From a virus, in UHGV virus genome UHGV-1374997: a stretch of DNA of 64,000 nucleotides; one strand, 5' to 3'. Below the pieces are notes generated by a model. The model worked only from the letters and a program-made list of their open reading frames with translations, did no database searches and was not told the DNA's origin. Numbering within the stretch: position 1 is the first letter of the stretch; each line of letters starts with the position of its first letter. Both the position numbers and the translations under genes were made by a program. Shown piece after piece: positions 39,639 to 49,144 of the stretch.

Positions 39639-39977
39639 ATGAATACTGCTATAGCACCAATGCCTTCGGAGCTTATCAATGCGTATACAGATTTCTATTT
39701 CGCCGCTCCTAATGTAGCCGCCCTTGAAGAATCATTGGGAATCTCTCTTAACGATCCTCCGGAAGGTGTTTATGTCGATTATATTGGAAAAGCCGAAAAA
39801 ACTCCTCCGATATATTCAAACGATGACCCAGAAAATGCTACTATCGTTACTCCGGCTACTTATTATGATTTTGAATTGGTCAATATCCGAATTTCGAGTT
39901 TCGTAATTCCAGACAAATTCGTTAACTCGAAATTCCTTATTCCTGAGCCTAAGACTCCAGTTAGAGTGTGGTTTTAA
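39639..39977 (+). CDS. hypothetical protein
   Basis: 112-aa ORF with RBS aaaggaaaa. Confidence 0.35.
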   Translation: MNTAIAPMPSELINAYTDFYFAAPNVAALEESLGISLNDPPEGVYVDYIGKAEKTPPIYSNDDPENATIVTPATYYDFELVNIRISSFVIPDKFVNSKFLIPEPKTPVRVWF

Positions 39978-40040
39978 AATGAATAATACTCAAATTTGGG
40001 CGGAACTTAACGCTGCACATGAAACAAAAACTTCTGAGAA

Positions 40041-40307
40041 TTGAAATTAATAACTTCAATCCCTGCAACTGGTGGCATCATTACCATAAATTATACTGGT
40101 ATTTTACTGGGATACGGAACGTCAACAGACGTTGTTGGTTCGATGTGGCTAATTAATAAAAGAACGGGAGAAGGTTCAAGCGGATATTCTGGGGGAGGCT
40201 CAGGAAATGCCTTATATGCAAATATCCATGTTACCGCTGGAGATCAAGTTCAAATTTACTATAGTAACGTAAAAATAGATAGATTGGCTATTGCTTTGTT
40301 TGCATGA
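40041..40307 (+). CDS. Gly-rich hypothetical protein (TTG start; possible frameshifted continuation of the 39978 ORF)
   Basis: A 21-codon ATG ORF at 39978-40043 ends 1 nt into this ORF, in a different frame. Confidence 0.25.
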   Translation: MKLITSIPATGGIITINYTGILLGYGTSTDVVGSMWLINKRTGEGSSGYSGGGSGNALYANIHVTAGDQVQIYYSNVKIDRLAIALFA

Positions 40308-40366
40308 TAGAAAAATACTATTGACATTTTTTTCGATATCTGATAGACGAATAAAATAAAATCTTA

Positions 40367-40633
40367 ATGGAGAGAAATATGAATCTCGAAAAAATTAATG
40401 AAATTGTTAAATTTATTGATGAGAATCAGCATAAGGTAAATGACGATTATGCTATGCTTACGCAGCTTAGAAGCACGCTGTATTTTGTAGACAAGTCTCT
40501 TGAAAAGAAGCAAAAAGACCTTGAGGAAGCTTCCGAAAAATTGAAAAGCCTTTTTTCCGTGATTATTGCCCCGGATAAAGAAGAAGACGATAAAATCGCA
40601 GAAGTAGTTTCATCGGACAAACCCTCGGCCTAA
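40367..40633 (+). CDS. hypothetical coiled-coil protein
   Basis: 88 aa with RBS ggagaga. Confidence 0.35.
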   Translation: MERNMNLEKINEIVKFIDENQHKVNDDYAMLTQLRSTLYFVDKSLEKKQKDLEEASEKLKSLFSVIIAPDKEEDDKIAEVVSSDKPSA

Positions 40634-40695
40634 ATAAAAATTGAATCTATAGAAGTCTAATCTAAGAAGCCTAATCTTTAGAAGGTAATCCTTAC

Positions 40696-42291
40696 ATGGC
40701 AAATCCTAATTTTTCAGCACCAGCAATATCCAATAAAATAGCATCGGATATTGATTCCATTCGAGAACTTGCAAAACTTATTGCGAGGATGCGAGGGGAT
40801 CTTGCTGACAATGCTCCGGAAGGTACTATCATCTTCAATCAATCTGCAATGAATTTCCAAATGAAAAGCGGAACGGTTTGGAATGCTCTGGATAACGGTA
40901 CTGGCAAGTACGCTTTCAATGTTGATAGGCTCGACGGGTTTCATGCTAATGCAGGGATTATTGCCAATTCCATAGTAGTCCGTGATTCTAAGGGCGTGAT
41001 TCCCGGAAACATCTCCGGGCGCGCCCCTAATGCTACACAAGCTGATGAGCTTACTACGGTTAACCCCATTGCGAAAGGGGGGACAGGAGCTTCTACCGCT
41101 GCACAGGCTCGCGCCAATCTCGGTACGAATGACGTAGGTAATCTTACGGCTGGAGTTCTTCCTTTCGCACGGGGCGGTACAGGTCGCACAGATGGTAGCG
41201 CGAATGATGTTCAAACTCCGGATGTAGTAGTAGACGCTAATGTCACTACCGCAAAAGGGAGGGGTCAAATAGGTGTACTTGCAATGGGCCGAGGTATCGG
41301 TACAGATGCGAATTTATTTACGGGAAATGGTAGATATTGGTTTAATAATGGCGATGCATTAGTAAATTTCCCAAAGAATAATGTAGGCGGGTCATTGGAT
41401 GTCCGTGCTTATGCCACGTATTCTCATCAAGACTATATTAATTACAATAATACAGGTCGATTTTGGAGAATAACTCAAAATACCGGAAGTACGTGGTCCC
41501 CGTGGTATCGTGTCCCCGAAGGTTTAACGGATAATTACACCACAAACTCATCTGTCGTCGCCGCATCAGCAAAAGCATTGATGAATCTCAAAGCTTACGC
41601 AGATACGAAATTGTCTTTGGATGGCGGGGCTATGACCGGAAGGATTAACGGATTGCGGGGGACTTATAATAGTTCGGTTATTGCTAGATATAGTACCTCA
41701 GCATTAGAAATTAGAGAAAATGATGGTGTTGGAAATACGCAATCAGACATAGGGTATGCTCCATCAATTGGTTTTCATTGGGCGAATAGAGTTGCGGGCC
41801 TGCTTGCGCTGCGAAGCGACGGCATATTTTCCTTTATGAAGCAAAACGGAACGAGAGCCGTTGTTGATTGCGATGTCCCATATGCGTCACTTAGTGCTGT
41901 GGCTAATCATTTAAATGTTTCGGGCCAGTCTACCATTTGGCGTTGGGAGGGTCAAAGTGGGCAGCCTACTTGGGTATGGGGGGGCGGTGACGGCGTAAAT
42001 ATGGCGGTCTGGAATCCTTCAAACTTCTCTGTAAATTATGCTAATTCTTGTAATTGGGCAAATAATGCTGGACAGGCCACTCCAACTATTTATGCAACTT
42101 GGCAATCGCATGGTCAAGCAAATCTACCTGCGGGAGGGACTTGGTTGTGGTTAAAGTACGCAAATTATCCGGATCGAAATAATTTCTGCTATTGTGGTGT
42201 CGCCGCTGGCGGATCATGGATTGGAGACGCATCCGGTATCGGAGGCAAGACTTCGGGTGTATCTATTTGTGCTTTTAAAATTAGCCAGTAA
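40696..42291 (+). CDS. side tail fibre protein (Stf-like)
   Basis: Contains phage tail-fibre repeat motifs KGGTGASTAAQARANLG and FARGGTGRTDG. Confidence 0.65.
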   Translation: MANPNFSAPAISNKIASDIDSIRELAKLIARMRGDLADNAPEGTIIFNQSAMNFQMKSGTVWNALDNGTGKYAFNVDRLDGFHANAGIIANSIVVRDSKGVIPGNISGRAPNATQADELTTVNPIAKGGTGASTAAQARANLGTNDVGNLTAGVLPFARGGTGRTDGSANDVQTPDVVVDANVTTAKGRGQIGVLAMGRGIGTDANLFTGNGRYWFNNGDALVNFPKNNVGGSLDVRAYATYSHQDYINYNNTGRFWRITQNTGSTWSPWYRVPEGLTDNYTTNSSVVAASAKALMNLKAYADTKLSLDGGAMTGRINGLRGTYNSSVIARYSTSALEIRENDGVGNTQSDIGYAPSIGFHWANRVAGLLALRSDGIFSFMKQNGTRAVVDCDVPYASLSAVANHLNVSGQSTIWRWEGQSGQPTWVWGGGDGVNMAVWNPSNFSVNYANSCNWANNAGQATPTIYATWQSHGQANLPAGGTWLWLKYANYPDRNNFCYCGVAAGGSWIGDASGIGGKTSGVSICAFKISQ

Positions 42292-42300
42292 GGTAAAAAA

Positions 42301-42837
42301 ATGAAAGTTATCCTGCGTATCTCAGATGATTCGTTTGTTATCCAAAAATATGGGATGCCTTATCAAGTTCATCCATATATTAAAGAACACGCTAAATTGT
42401 GGGATGAAATTAATACTTATATTACGAATCATCCCGAATGTGTAACAGAAGAGTATCCTCATATTCCCCCAGAACCAACTTTTGAAGATGTAAAAGCATT
42501 AAAACTTGAAGAGATTAATACGGCTGCGGATTCAGCTATTTCAAAAATTGTATCTACGTACCCTGAAAAAGAGATCGATTCTTTTGGAAAACAAGAACTA
42601 GAGGCACGCGCATATCTTAAAAACCCAGAATCTCCTACGCCTTTTCTTTCTATTCTTGCTAAAACACGAGGAATCGCATTGCCGGATCTTGTAAATAAGG
42701 TTATTCTTAAAGCAGATAAGTTTTCGATTTTATCGGCACGTATTATTGGGCAACGACAAGCTCTAGAAGACAAACTTAAAATTTGTACTACTATTGACGA
42801 AGTAAAGGCGATAACCGTAGATATTATTACTGCTTAA
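42301..42837 (+). CDS. putative tail fibre assembly/chaperone protein
   Basis: 178 aa directly after the tail-fibre gene. Confidence 0.4.
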   Translation: MKVILRISDDSFVIQKYGMPYQVHPYIKEHAKLWDEINTYITNHPECVTEEYPHIPPEPTFEDVKALKLEEINTAADSAISKIVSTYPEKEIDSFGKQELEARAYLKNPESPTPFLSILAKTRGIALPDLVNKVILKADKFSILSARIIGQRQALEDKLKICTTIDEVKAITVDIITA

Positions 42838-42849
42838 AAGGATTTTAAC

Positions 42850-43086
42850 GTGCAGTATTTAAGAAAAGTTCTTATTTCTATAGATCAATTAATCAATACG
42901 CTCCTCGGCGGCTGGCCCGACGAAACATTATCATCTAGGTGTTATAGATGGGCAAAAGATGGTGTCTATATATGGCCTCAAAGGACAGTAAACTCTTTAT
43001 TCTTCTGGCAAAAAGACCATTGTAAAAGTAGCTATGAAAATGAAAGGAAAGGAAGACAGCTTCCTCCCGAATTGCGTAAAAATTAA
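42850..43086 (+). CDS. hypothetical protein (GTG start)
   Basis: 78-aa ORF. Confidence 0.3.
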   Translation: MQYLRKVLISIDQLINTLLGGWPDETLSSRCYRWAKDGVYIWPQRTVNSLFFWQKDHCKSSYENERKGRQLPPELRKN

Positions 43087-43106
43087 ATATATAAGGTAAA
43101 GTTTTA

Positions 43107-43286
43107 ATGGAAGACCTCTCTTTTCAAAATAATATTTTTTCTATCCGTGGAATTAAGAAAAATGCGGACCAATCTTTTACCATAACTCTTGGTATTGGTG
43201 ATCAGACTGCGGAATTTATTATCCCGGATACCGATGAATATGAACTTATTTATAACGGAATCAAAGAATTTCTTGATAACAATTAA
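43107..43286 (+). CDS. small hypothetical protein (59 aa, below ORF-track cutoff)
   Basis: Plus-strand ATG ORF with RBS-like taaggtaaag. Preferred over the antisense ORF 43104..43322. Confidence 0.3.
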   Translation: MEDLSFQNNIFSIRGIKKNADQSFTITLGIGDQTAEFIIPDTDEYELIYNGIKEFLDNN

Positions 43287-43304
43287 AAAGGACAATATAC
43301 GAAT

Positions 43305-43664
43305 ATGAGCGACACACATCAAACAGTTACGGTAGGCGGTGGGGAGAAAACGGACGGAATTTCTAGTGCTATTCTTGCATTCGCTAAAGATATTCCGAGG
43401 GAAGTTTCAGATCATGTATCTACGCTCTTTTGGAGGATGCTGACGTTGCTTCTTATCGTCATGTTCCTTCTTACCGGGGGAGCTTCCTATTATTTTTCAT
43501 CAAGAATCAATGATATGGAAGCTCAAATCTCTGAGAAAAACAGAGCTATCGAATCAATTAATCGTAGACATAGAGATCTGGTTAGGGCTATCGGCAAGGG
43601 AGATATTCAGTCTCTTTCTAAAGCGAATATTAAATCAGATTCAAATCATGAAATTTCAGAATAA
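43305..43664 (+). CDS. membrane protein with TM helix + coiled coil (holin/spanin-like topology)
   Basis: TM helix LTLLLIVMFLLTGGASYYF followed by a coiled-coil region. Confidence 0.35.
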   Translation: MSDTHQTVTVGGGEKTDGISSAILAFAKDIPREVSDHVSTLFWRMLTLLLIVMFLLTGGASYYFSSRINDMEAQISEKNRAIESINRRHRDLVRAIGKGDIQSLSKANIKSDSNHEISE

Positions 43665-43682
43665 AAGTGGCAATGGTAAACA

Positions 43683-43925
43683 ATGGCTACATCCGAAGCT
43701 AATATTTGTCCCGTTTGCAAAGAAAGGGCTTTTTATCAAACAACCGTAGTAGCTTTTGAAGATACTCATTTACATCGATTAGGAATGGAAGAGAGATCGA
43801 CCTATACTTGTGCCGTATGCGGAGCGACTTTTTTGAGAAAGGTAAAACCTGAGTTTTATCAAGTCAAAACTCAAACGCCTCCAGCTTGGCTAGTAAGGAA
43901 ATTAAGCAAGAAGGAGGCTAAATAA
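43683..43925 (+). CDS. Zn-ribbon protein
   Basis: CPVCK...CAVCG. Confidence 0.4.
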   Translation: MATSEANICPVCKERAFYQTTVVAFEDTHLHRLGMEERSTYTCAVCGATFLRKVKPEFYQVKTQTPPAWLVRKLSKKEAK

Positions 43926-45205
43926 TGGCATATGCTCCGCGTACCAGCAAAGGTCTTCGATTTTTCCGGGGAACAGGGACAGACCTTGCAACGACATCAT
44001 GGCAGATAATTAATGGTATTTCGGATTGGGCGGCCCCAACACCCACCATCCAATCTATCGATATGACGACGATTAAGGATGAAGCCACTGTATACGCTCC
44101 CGGAATCCGAGAGAGTGGAAGCTCATCTATGACCCTGTATTTTGATGATTTGAATACGATCCACCAGAATCTTTTGATTGCCGATAGTAAATCTGCGGTC
44201 AATATTCCTTATCGTATTGATTTTACAGAAACGGGAACTAGCGTAGCTTTCATGGGGCATCCGACATCCGTTCCAGTATCCGGTTCTGTAGGGTCTGCAA
44301 ATTCAGCAGCTATCACTTTCTACGTTTCAGGCGACCCTGTGTGGGCTTTCGGTTCGGGAAGCAGCCCTGAGCTTGACCCTTCCCAATTTCCGGAATCCAT
44401 AAAAGAAAGATTCGTTATTGTTACCAATGAAGCCGCGATGCTTTCCTTAACAATCACTGATATCCAAAATGGCGATTCAGTGATTGTCAAAGAGCCAAAG
44501 CCTCTTATGTATGCTGTAATCGATGACGGCGCGCTTGGTACAATGGCGGCATTTTATGCGTATCAGTCAAAATCCGATTGGAGTCTTCTTTCCAGCATCC
44601 CCGCCGCATTTAAACCTTCCGCACATGCAGATGAAAGCGCGACATACGGATTAGCAACAACAACTCTGTATGGTCATGCAAAAATAACGACAACTACGCC
44701 AAAAGCTCTTGGCGTAGCCAATATAGGTTCGGAAGACGCATTCGCTAGAGGCGACCATGTTCATCCTGTTCAAAAAGATGTATCAGGGAATGCCGCGACA
44801 GCTACGCAATGGGAAACTCCTAGGACATTCTATATTTCCGGAGTATATAAAGCAGAAGCTATTGTTAATGGAACCCAAAATATAGATTTCGCGTTGGAAA
44901 GAAATATCCAAAGTTTGTCTTCTGGCGCAGGAAACGTTTCTGTTGAATTAATTCCTTCCGTAACCCACATCGTTACAGTGGACCGCGCTTTTACCGTAAC
45001 GCTTCCAGCGGGATTACAATCTGATAAATTCTATGAGTTTCATGCTATACTTAAAGCCGCGAATGCCTCCGCCGCATTAACGATTTCCGAACCTATCCAA
45101 TGGGAAAACAATACGCCTCCTTCTTTGATCGAAAATAAAGTTACTGAAATTCAAATACAAATCTATGGCAATATAAAAATTGGAACATACCGCATATTCA
45201 GTTGA
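43925..45205 (+). CDS. major-tail-protein-like N-terminal domain fused to C-terminal domain (fibre/knob-like)
   Basis: The first 145 aa are paralogous to the major tail protein at 23218 (MAYAPRTSKGLRFFRGTG... versus MAVSYQARTSKGLKFYRGTG...). The C-terminal 280 aa are unrelated. Confidence 0.55.
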   Translation: MAYAPRTSKGLRFFRGTGTDLATTSWQIINGISDWAAPTPTIQSIDMTTIKDEATVYAPGIRESGSSSMTLYFDDLNTIHQNLLIADSKSAVNIPYRIDFTETGTSVAFMGHPTSVPVSGSVGSANSAAITFYVSGDPVWAFGSGSSPELDPSQFPESIKERFVIVTNEAAMLSLTITDIQNGDSVIVKEPKPLMYAVIDDGALGTMAAFYAYQSKSDWSLLSSIPAAFKPSAHADESATYGLATTTLYGHAKITTTTPKALGVANIGSEDAFARGDHVHPVQKDVSGNAATATQWETPRTFYISGVYKAEAIVNGTQNIDFALERNIQSLSSGAGNVSVELIPSVTHIVTVDRAFTVTLPAGLQSDKFYEFHAILKAANASAALTISEPIQWENNTPPSLIENKVTEIQIQIYGNIKIGTYRIFS

Positions 45206-45213
45206 TTTTAACC

Positions 45214-46493
45214 CTGAAAGCACTTCTTGACATTTTCTTACAAACAAGCTATGGTTTAAGCCATGAAAAGAATGCAAGCATATAAATTCCAGCTCCGCCC
45301 CAAAGCCAAGCAAGCAAATCTCATGTTGGGTTTTGCCGGATGCTGTCGCTTTGTCTGGAATAAGGCGCTTGCATTGGAGAAAGAAACCTATCAAGCGGAG
45401 GGCAAACGTCTTGGGTTTTATAACCTTTGTAAGGCCCTCCGCGATTGGAAAAAGGAAGAAGAAACATCTTTTCTTGCTGGAGCACACTCTCAGATATTGC
45501 AGTTTGTATTGAAGGATCTTGATCAGGCTTACAAAAATTTCTTTGAGAAGCGTGCAAATTTCCCACGATTCAAGAAGAAGGGTGTCCACAATACCTTTCG
45601 TTATCCGCAAGGCTTCAAGTTGGATGAAGGAAATAGCCGCATTTATCTTCCCAAAATAGGTTGGGTGCGTTACAGAAAAAGCAGGGTCATAGAAGGGACG
45701 CCAAAGCAAGTAGCGGTTTCTCTTTCTGCCGGAGAGTGGTATGTCTCCATCCTGACTGAGAGGGAAGTAGTTGAACATATCCATCCCTCTCAAAGCTCTA
45801 TTGGTATTGATATGGGTGTTGCCCATTTTGCAATGCTCTCTGATGGAAGCACAATTGAACCGTTGAACAGCTTTCGCAAATATGAAAAGAAGTTGGCAAA
45901 ACTGCAACGCAAACAAGCGAGATGCAAAAAGTTTTCCGCCAACTGGCAAAAGGTCAAATCACGCATTCAACGCTTGCACCTCCACATAGCTAATGCTCGC
46001 AAGGACTTTTTGCACAAGGCAAGCACAATGATTAGCAAAAACCACGCTGTTGTTGTACTTGAAGACTTGAAAGTGCGGAATATGTCCAGCTCAAAGACCG
46101 GAGGAAAACGCAAGTCAGGATTGAATAAATCTATATTGGATCAAGGGTGGTTTGAGTTCCGGCGGCAACTGTCTTACAAGCTGGCATGGATGGGTGGATC
46201 TTTGACCGCAATTCCTCCTCAGTATACCAGCCAGACCTGTAGCCGTTGCGGATGTGTAGATAAACAAAACAGACAAACGCAAGCCAAGTTTAAATGTATA
46301 GCTTGCGGATTTGAGATTAACGCCGATCACAATGCGGCGTTGAATATCTTGGCGGCAGGGCTTGCCGTTACAGCCTGTGGAGCGGGAAAGGCTCAAGCGC
46401 CCGCGTTGAATCAGGAACCCGCCTATAGTTTGGCCTAATTGGGCTTTACTGATAGGAATCCCCCGCTTTTAGGCGGGGGAGGATGTCAAATAA
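45214..46493 (+). mobile_element. IS200/IS605-family TnpB-only element, copy 2
   Basis: Left end cctgaaagcacttcttgacatttt. Right end taattgggctttactgataggaatccc + ccgcttttaggcgggg hairpin + gaggatgtcaaataa. Confidence 0.7.
45263..46438 (+). CDS. tnpB: TnpB (OrfB_IS605) RuvC-like RNA-guided nuclease
   Basis: 391 aa. The C-terminal 230 aa are identical to copy 1. The N-terminal region matches copy 3. Confidence 0.9.
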   Translation: MKRMQAYKFQLRPKAKQANLMLGFAGCCRFVWNKALALEKETYQAEGKRLGFYNLCKALRDWKKEEETSFLAGAHSQILQFVLKDLDQAYKNFFEKRANFPRFKKKGVHNTFRYPQGFKLDEGNSRIYLPKIGWVRYRKSRVIEGTPKQVAVSLSAGEWYVSILTEREVVEHIHPSQSSIGIDMGVAHFAMLSDGSTIEPLNSFRKYEKKLAKLQRKQARCKKFSANWQKVKSRIQRLHLHIANARKDFLHKASTMISKNHAVVVLEDLKVRNMSSSKTGGKRKSGLNKSILDQGWFEFRRQLSYKLAWMGGSLTAIPPQYTSQTCSRCGCVDKQNRQTQAKFKCIACGFEINADHNAALNILAAGLAVTACGAGKAQAPALNQEPAYSLA

Positions 46494-46582
46494 CTCCGTC
46501 GACGGTCGTGGACGCATTTCAATATTTAAAACTCTGCGCTATATTGCCCCCATGATGTTAATCATCACTTGGGGGCTTTATT

Positions 46583-47098
46583 ATGTCTAACGCAACTACA
46601 GGATTTAATCAATCCACATATTCTTCTCCTACGCAGCGTTCTTCTATGCCTATGAACACATATAGCTATGCGATGGTAAGTTCTGATGGTGTTATTTACA
46701 CATGGGATGTCAACGCCGGGAACCAGCCTATCGGGGTAGCCACGGAGATTCACGAAAAACTCAAGGCGCAGCTTATACAAGCGATTGATAAGGCAGAGTC
46801 TTATTATAAGATGCTCGTAGAAAACGGGATTATAAAGCCTGAACCTACGCAAGAAGAAGTTCTTAATAACGCTTTGAAGGAATTGCAGGAATCCCGTGCG
46901 CAGAATGCTAAATTGGCGGAAATGATTGCTGGCCTTACGGATAAGATTCAAGTCATTTCATCGAATATCGCTTCAAATAAATCCGTCAACGAAGAAACTC
47001 AGGACACTCCGAAATTCGTAGATGACGTGATTAAGGAAGATGCAAAGAATCCTCCAGTTAAAATGGAACAAGGCAACAATAGAGGTAATAAACGATGA
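46583..47098 (+). CDS. hypothetical protein
   Basis: 171 aa with a coiled-coil central region. Confidence 0.4.
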   Translation: MSNATTGFNQSTYSSPTQRSSMPMNTYSYAMVSSDGVIYTWDVNAGNQPIGVATEIHEKLKAQLIQAIDKAESYYKMLVENGIIKPEPTQEEVLNNALKELQESRAQNAKLAEMIAGLTDKIQVISSNIASNKSVNEETQDTPKFVDDVIKEDAKNPPVKMEQGNNRGNKR

Positions 47099-47463
47099 AC
47101 GTACAAAAGATCATGAGCATTGTAAATACCTTGTCCGGAGGAAACTCAAAGGTAATTGACGCCGCGCAAAAGGCTATCTCCGAATCTCGTAATTACCAAC
47201 CAACTCTTGAGGGCGCGCTTCAAGTCGCCCAGAAGTTTGGTATTGATGCTCAAATCCTTGCGGGGATGAAGAAACATTTGGACAATCCTGCTATTAAAAT
47301 GGGGCTGAATACCATAGCTCCCGGAAGCATCGACAAAATTACCGAGATGGGGAATCAGCTTGAGGCCGCGCTTCGTCAAAGAGGTCCAGCTCCTGCCTCA
47401 AATGCTCCTAATCCCGGAAATGACGAATTGGCTAAACGCCTTCAAAAACTTGGAATAAAATAA
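47095..47463 (+). CDS. hypothetical protein
   Basis: 122-aa ORF. Confidence 0.4.
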   Translation: MNVQKIMSIVNTLSGGNSKVIDAAQKAISESRNYQPTLEGALQVAQKFGIDAQILAGMKKHLDNPAIKMGLNTIAPGSIDKITEMGNQLEAALRQRGPAPASNAPNPGNDELAKRLQKLGIK

Positions 47464-47542
47464 TACCTTCGGTGATTCGAGAAGAAATTCGCAGTTTCTT
47501 CTCTTCACATATACCCAAAAACTTTTTTATGGAGAATGACTT

Positions 47543-48112
47543 ATGGAATCTGAACGCGAATCTTCCATGAACTTCGGCTGGATCTTTATCGTGCTGCTCC
47601 TGTTCTTCGGGATCTTCGGCGGTGGCTTCGGCTGCGGTGGCAACGGCCTGTTCGGTCGTGGTAATTGCGGTGGTGCCGCTGCTGTTGCTGGTACTGAGCT
47701 TGCTGATCTGGTCGCGCTGCGCTCCGTGCTTGGTCACAAGACCATGACGGATAACTGCCAGACCGACCGCGATGTTCTGGAACTCAAGTGCAACATGACT
47801 GCGCAGAACGCTGTGCTGACGCAGCGGCTTGAAACTGCCTTCCGCACGATTATCTCTAATCAGGACGCTGGTTTCTCGGCTCTGCGTACTCAGATGCTCG
47901 AAGACCAGATTCGTACCCGCGACATGACCCTGATGGCTCAGAACAACGAAATTCAGGGGCTCAAGGCGCAGATGTACAATGACGGTCGTTTCAACGCTCT
48001 GGAACGCTCCATTGAAGCTGGTTTCTGCCAGACTGTCAAGCGTCCGCCCTTCTTCCCCGTGGGTTGCTCCCCGTGCGTGAATCCTTGTGGTTGCGGTGGC
48101 GTCACCGCCTAA
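47543..48112 (+). CDS. membrane protein with Gly/Cys-rich segments and coiled coil; GC-rich codon usage
   Basis: RBS ggagaa. TM helix followed by GGGFGCGGNG, and a C-terminal CSPCVNPCGCGG. Local GC is around 58% against roughly 42% overall. Confidence 0.5.
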   Translation: MESERESSMNFGWIFIVLLLFFGIFGGGFGCGGNGLFGRGNCGGAAAVAGTELADLVALRSVLGHKTMTDNCQTDRDVLELKCNMTAQNAVLTQRLETAFRTIISNQDAGFSALRTQMLEDQIRTRDMTLMAQNNEIQGLKAQMYNDGRFNALERSIEAGFCQTVKRPPFFPVGCSPCVNPCGCGGVTA

Positions 48113-48136
48113 CACGGGCTGATTTCACCTTGATAT

Positions 48137-48164
48137 GAGAGGGGCGCAATTAAACCCCTCTCAT
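48137..48164 (+). terminator. hairpin tgagagggg...cccctctca
   Basis: Directly after the 47543 gene. Confidence 0.45.
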
Positions 48165-48189
48165 TAACCACAATGTACGGAGAATTACT

Positions 48190-48627
48190 ATGTGCAATCG
48201 CTGCTGCATTCCGTGCATCCGTGTAGCAAGTATCACTACAACCGCCACGACTGCGACTCTTACTCTGGCTACCAGTATCCCGGTAGGAAGATTTGATATC
48301 GTAGTTGGAAAGAACTTGTGCATCAGTCCTTGTGCTGATGAAAAAGTTCAGATTGTTGCTGGAGGCGATACGTTTACGAACGTACTCAACACCTCTGGGA
48401 ACTATCTTACCCTTGGACAACTTTCTCGTTTCGTTCGATGCGGCTGCCGCATTCGTATGACTCAAACGAGCAATCCTGCGGGTAACATCATGGCTATTGA
48501 TGTGTCTTGCCCCGGCCCTAACGGAGTACCCATCGTAAACTGCGGGACATCTTTGCTTCCCGCAACCGCCTCTGCTTCCCTCGCTTCCCCGGAACTTGAC
48601 AAGTCGGAAGCCCCCGCTAAGAAATAA
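48190..48627 (+). CDS. Cys-rich hypothetical protein
   Basis: N-terminus MCNRCCIPC. 145 aa. Confidence 0.4.
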   Translation: MCNRCCIPCIRVASITTTATTATLTLATSIPVGRFDIVVGKNLCISPCADEKVQIVAGGDTFTNVLNTSGNYLTLGQLSRFVRCGCRIRMTQTSNPAGNIMAIDVSCPGPNGVPIVNCGTSLLPATASASLASPELDKSEAPAKK

Positions 48628-48734
48628 AGTATCCGGGATTTGGGAACATACGTAGCCTATGACTACGTAACCCCTACCGCGCAGCGTGGGACGATTTTTA
48701 TCTTCTCGCGCTGCGTTTTTATTAAGGAAATACC

Positions 48735-49124
48735 ATGTTTAGATTAGGACTCGGTATCCTGTTAGGATGGCTTATCTTTGATGAAGAAGGGAAAAAGGCT
48801 TCGAATAAGGCTGGTAAATTTATCAAAGATAAATCCGGTGAAGCCATAGACTATGCGTCTAAGCATATTGATACGGATAAAGTCGCTGATTTCGTTAAAA
48901 AGCAAATTTCCCCGAAAGGCATCGCTGAAAATATCGCCCAAGACGTAGCTGAGGATGCTATCATAGATACGGTTGCAGAGGAAGCTGTGCTTGGTAATGC
49001 CGCCGGAGGCATTCTAGCCGGAGAAACTTTGGCTACCGAACGAAACAACGAAAATTTGAATCAAATTGATCTTCTTCAACAGCGCGTGGATGCTTTGACA
49101 GCGGAAACCACGCCCATTATATAA
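48735..49124 (+). CDS. hypothetical protein with N-terminal hydrophobic segment
   Basis: 129-aa ORF. Confidence 0.4.
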   Translation: MFRLGLGILLGWLIFDEEGKKASNKAGKFIKDKSGEAIDYASKHIDTDKVADFVKKQISPKGIAENIAQDVAEDAIIDTVAEEAVLGNAAGGILAGETLATERNNENLNQIDLLQQRVDALTAETTPII

Positions 49125-49144
49125 CCACCACAAGGAAATGAATC

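Noticed and set aside
43104-43322. 72-aa minus-strand ORF
   Set aside because: A 59-aa plus-strand ORF (43107-43286) with an RBS fits the operon orientation better. Neither is strongly supported.
45077-45949. 290-aa minus-strand ORF, plus equivalents at 31101-31349 and 54652-55308, antisense to tnpB
   Set aside because: These are antisense shadows inside a conserved coding sequence. Their presence in all three copies merely reflects nucleotide identity, and there is no RBS.
47432-48115. 227-aa minus-strand ORF in the GC-rich island
   Set aside because: High GC generates long ORFs on both strands. The plus-strand ORF has an RBS, optimal codons and a terminator.
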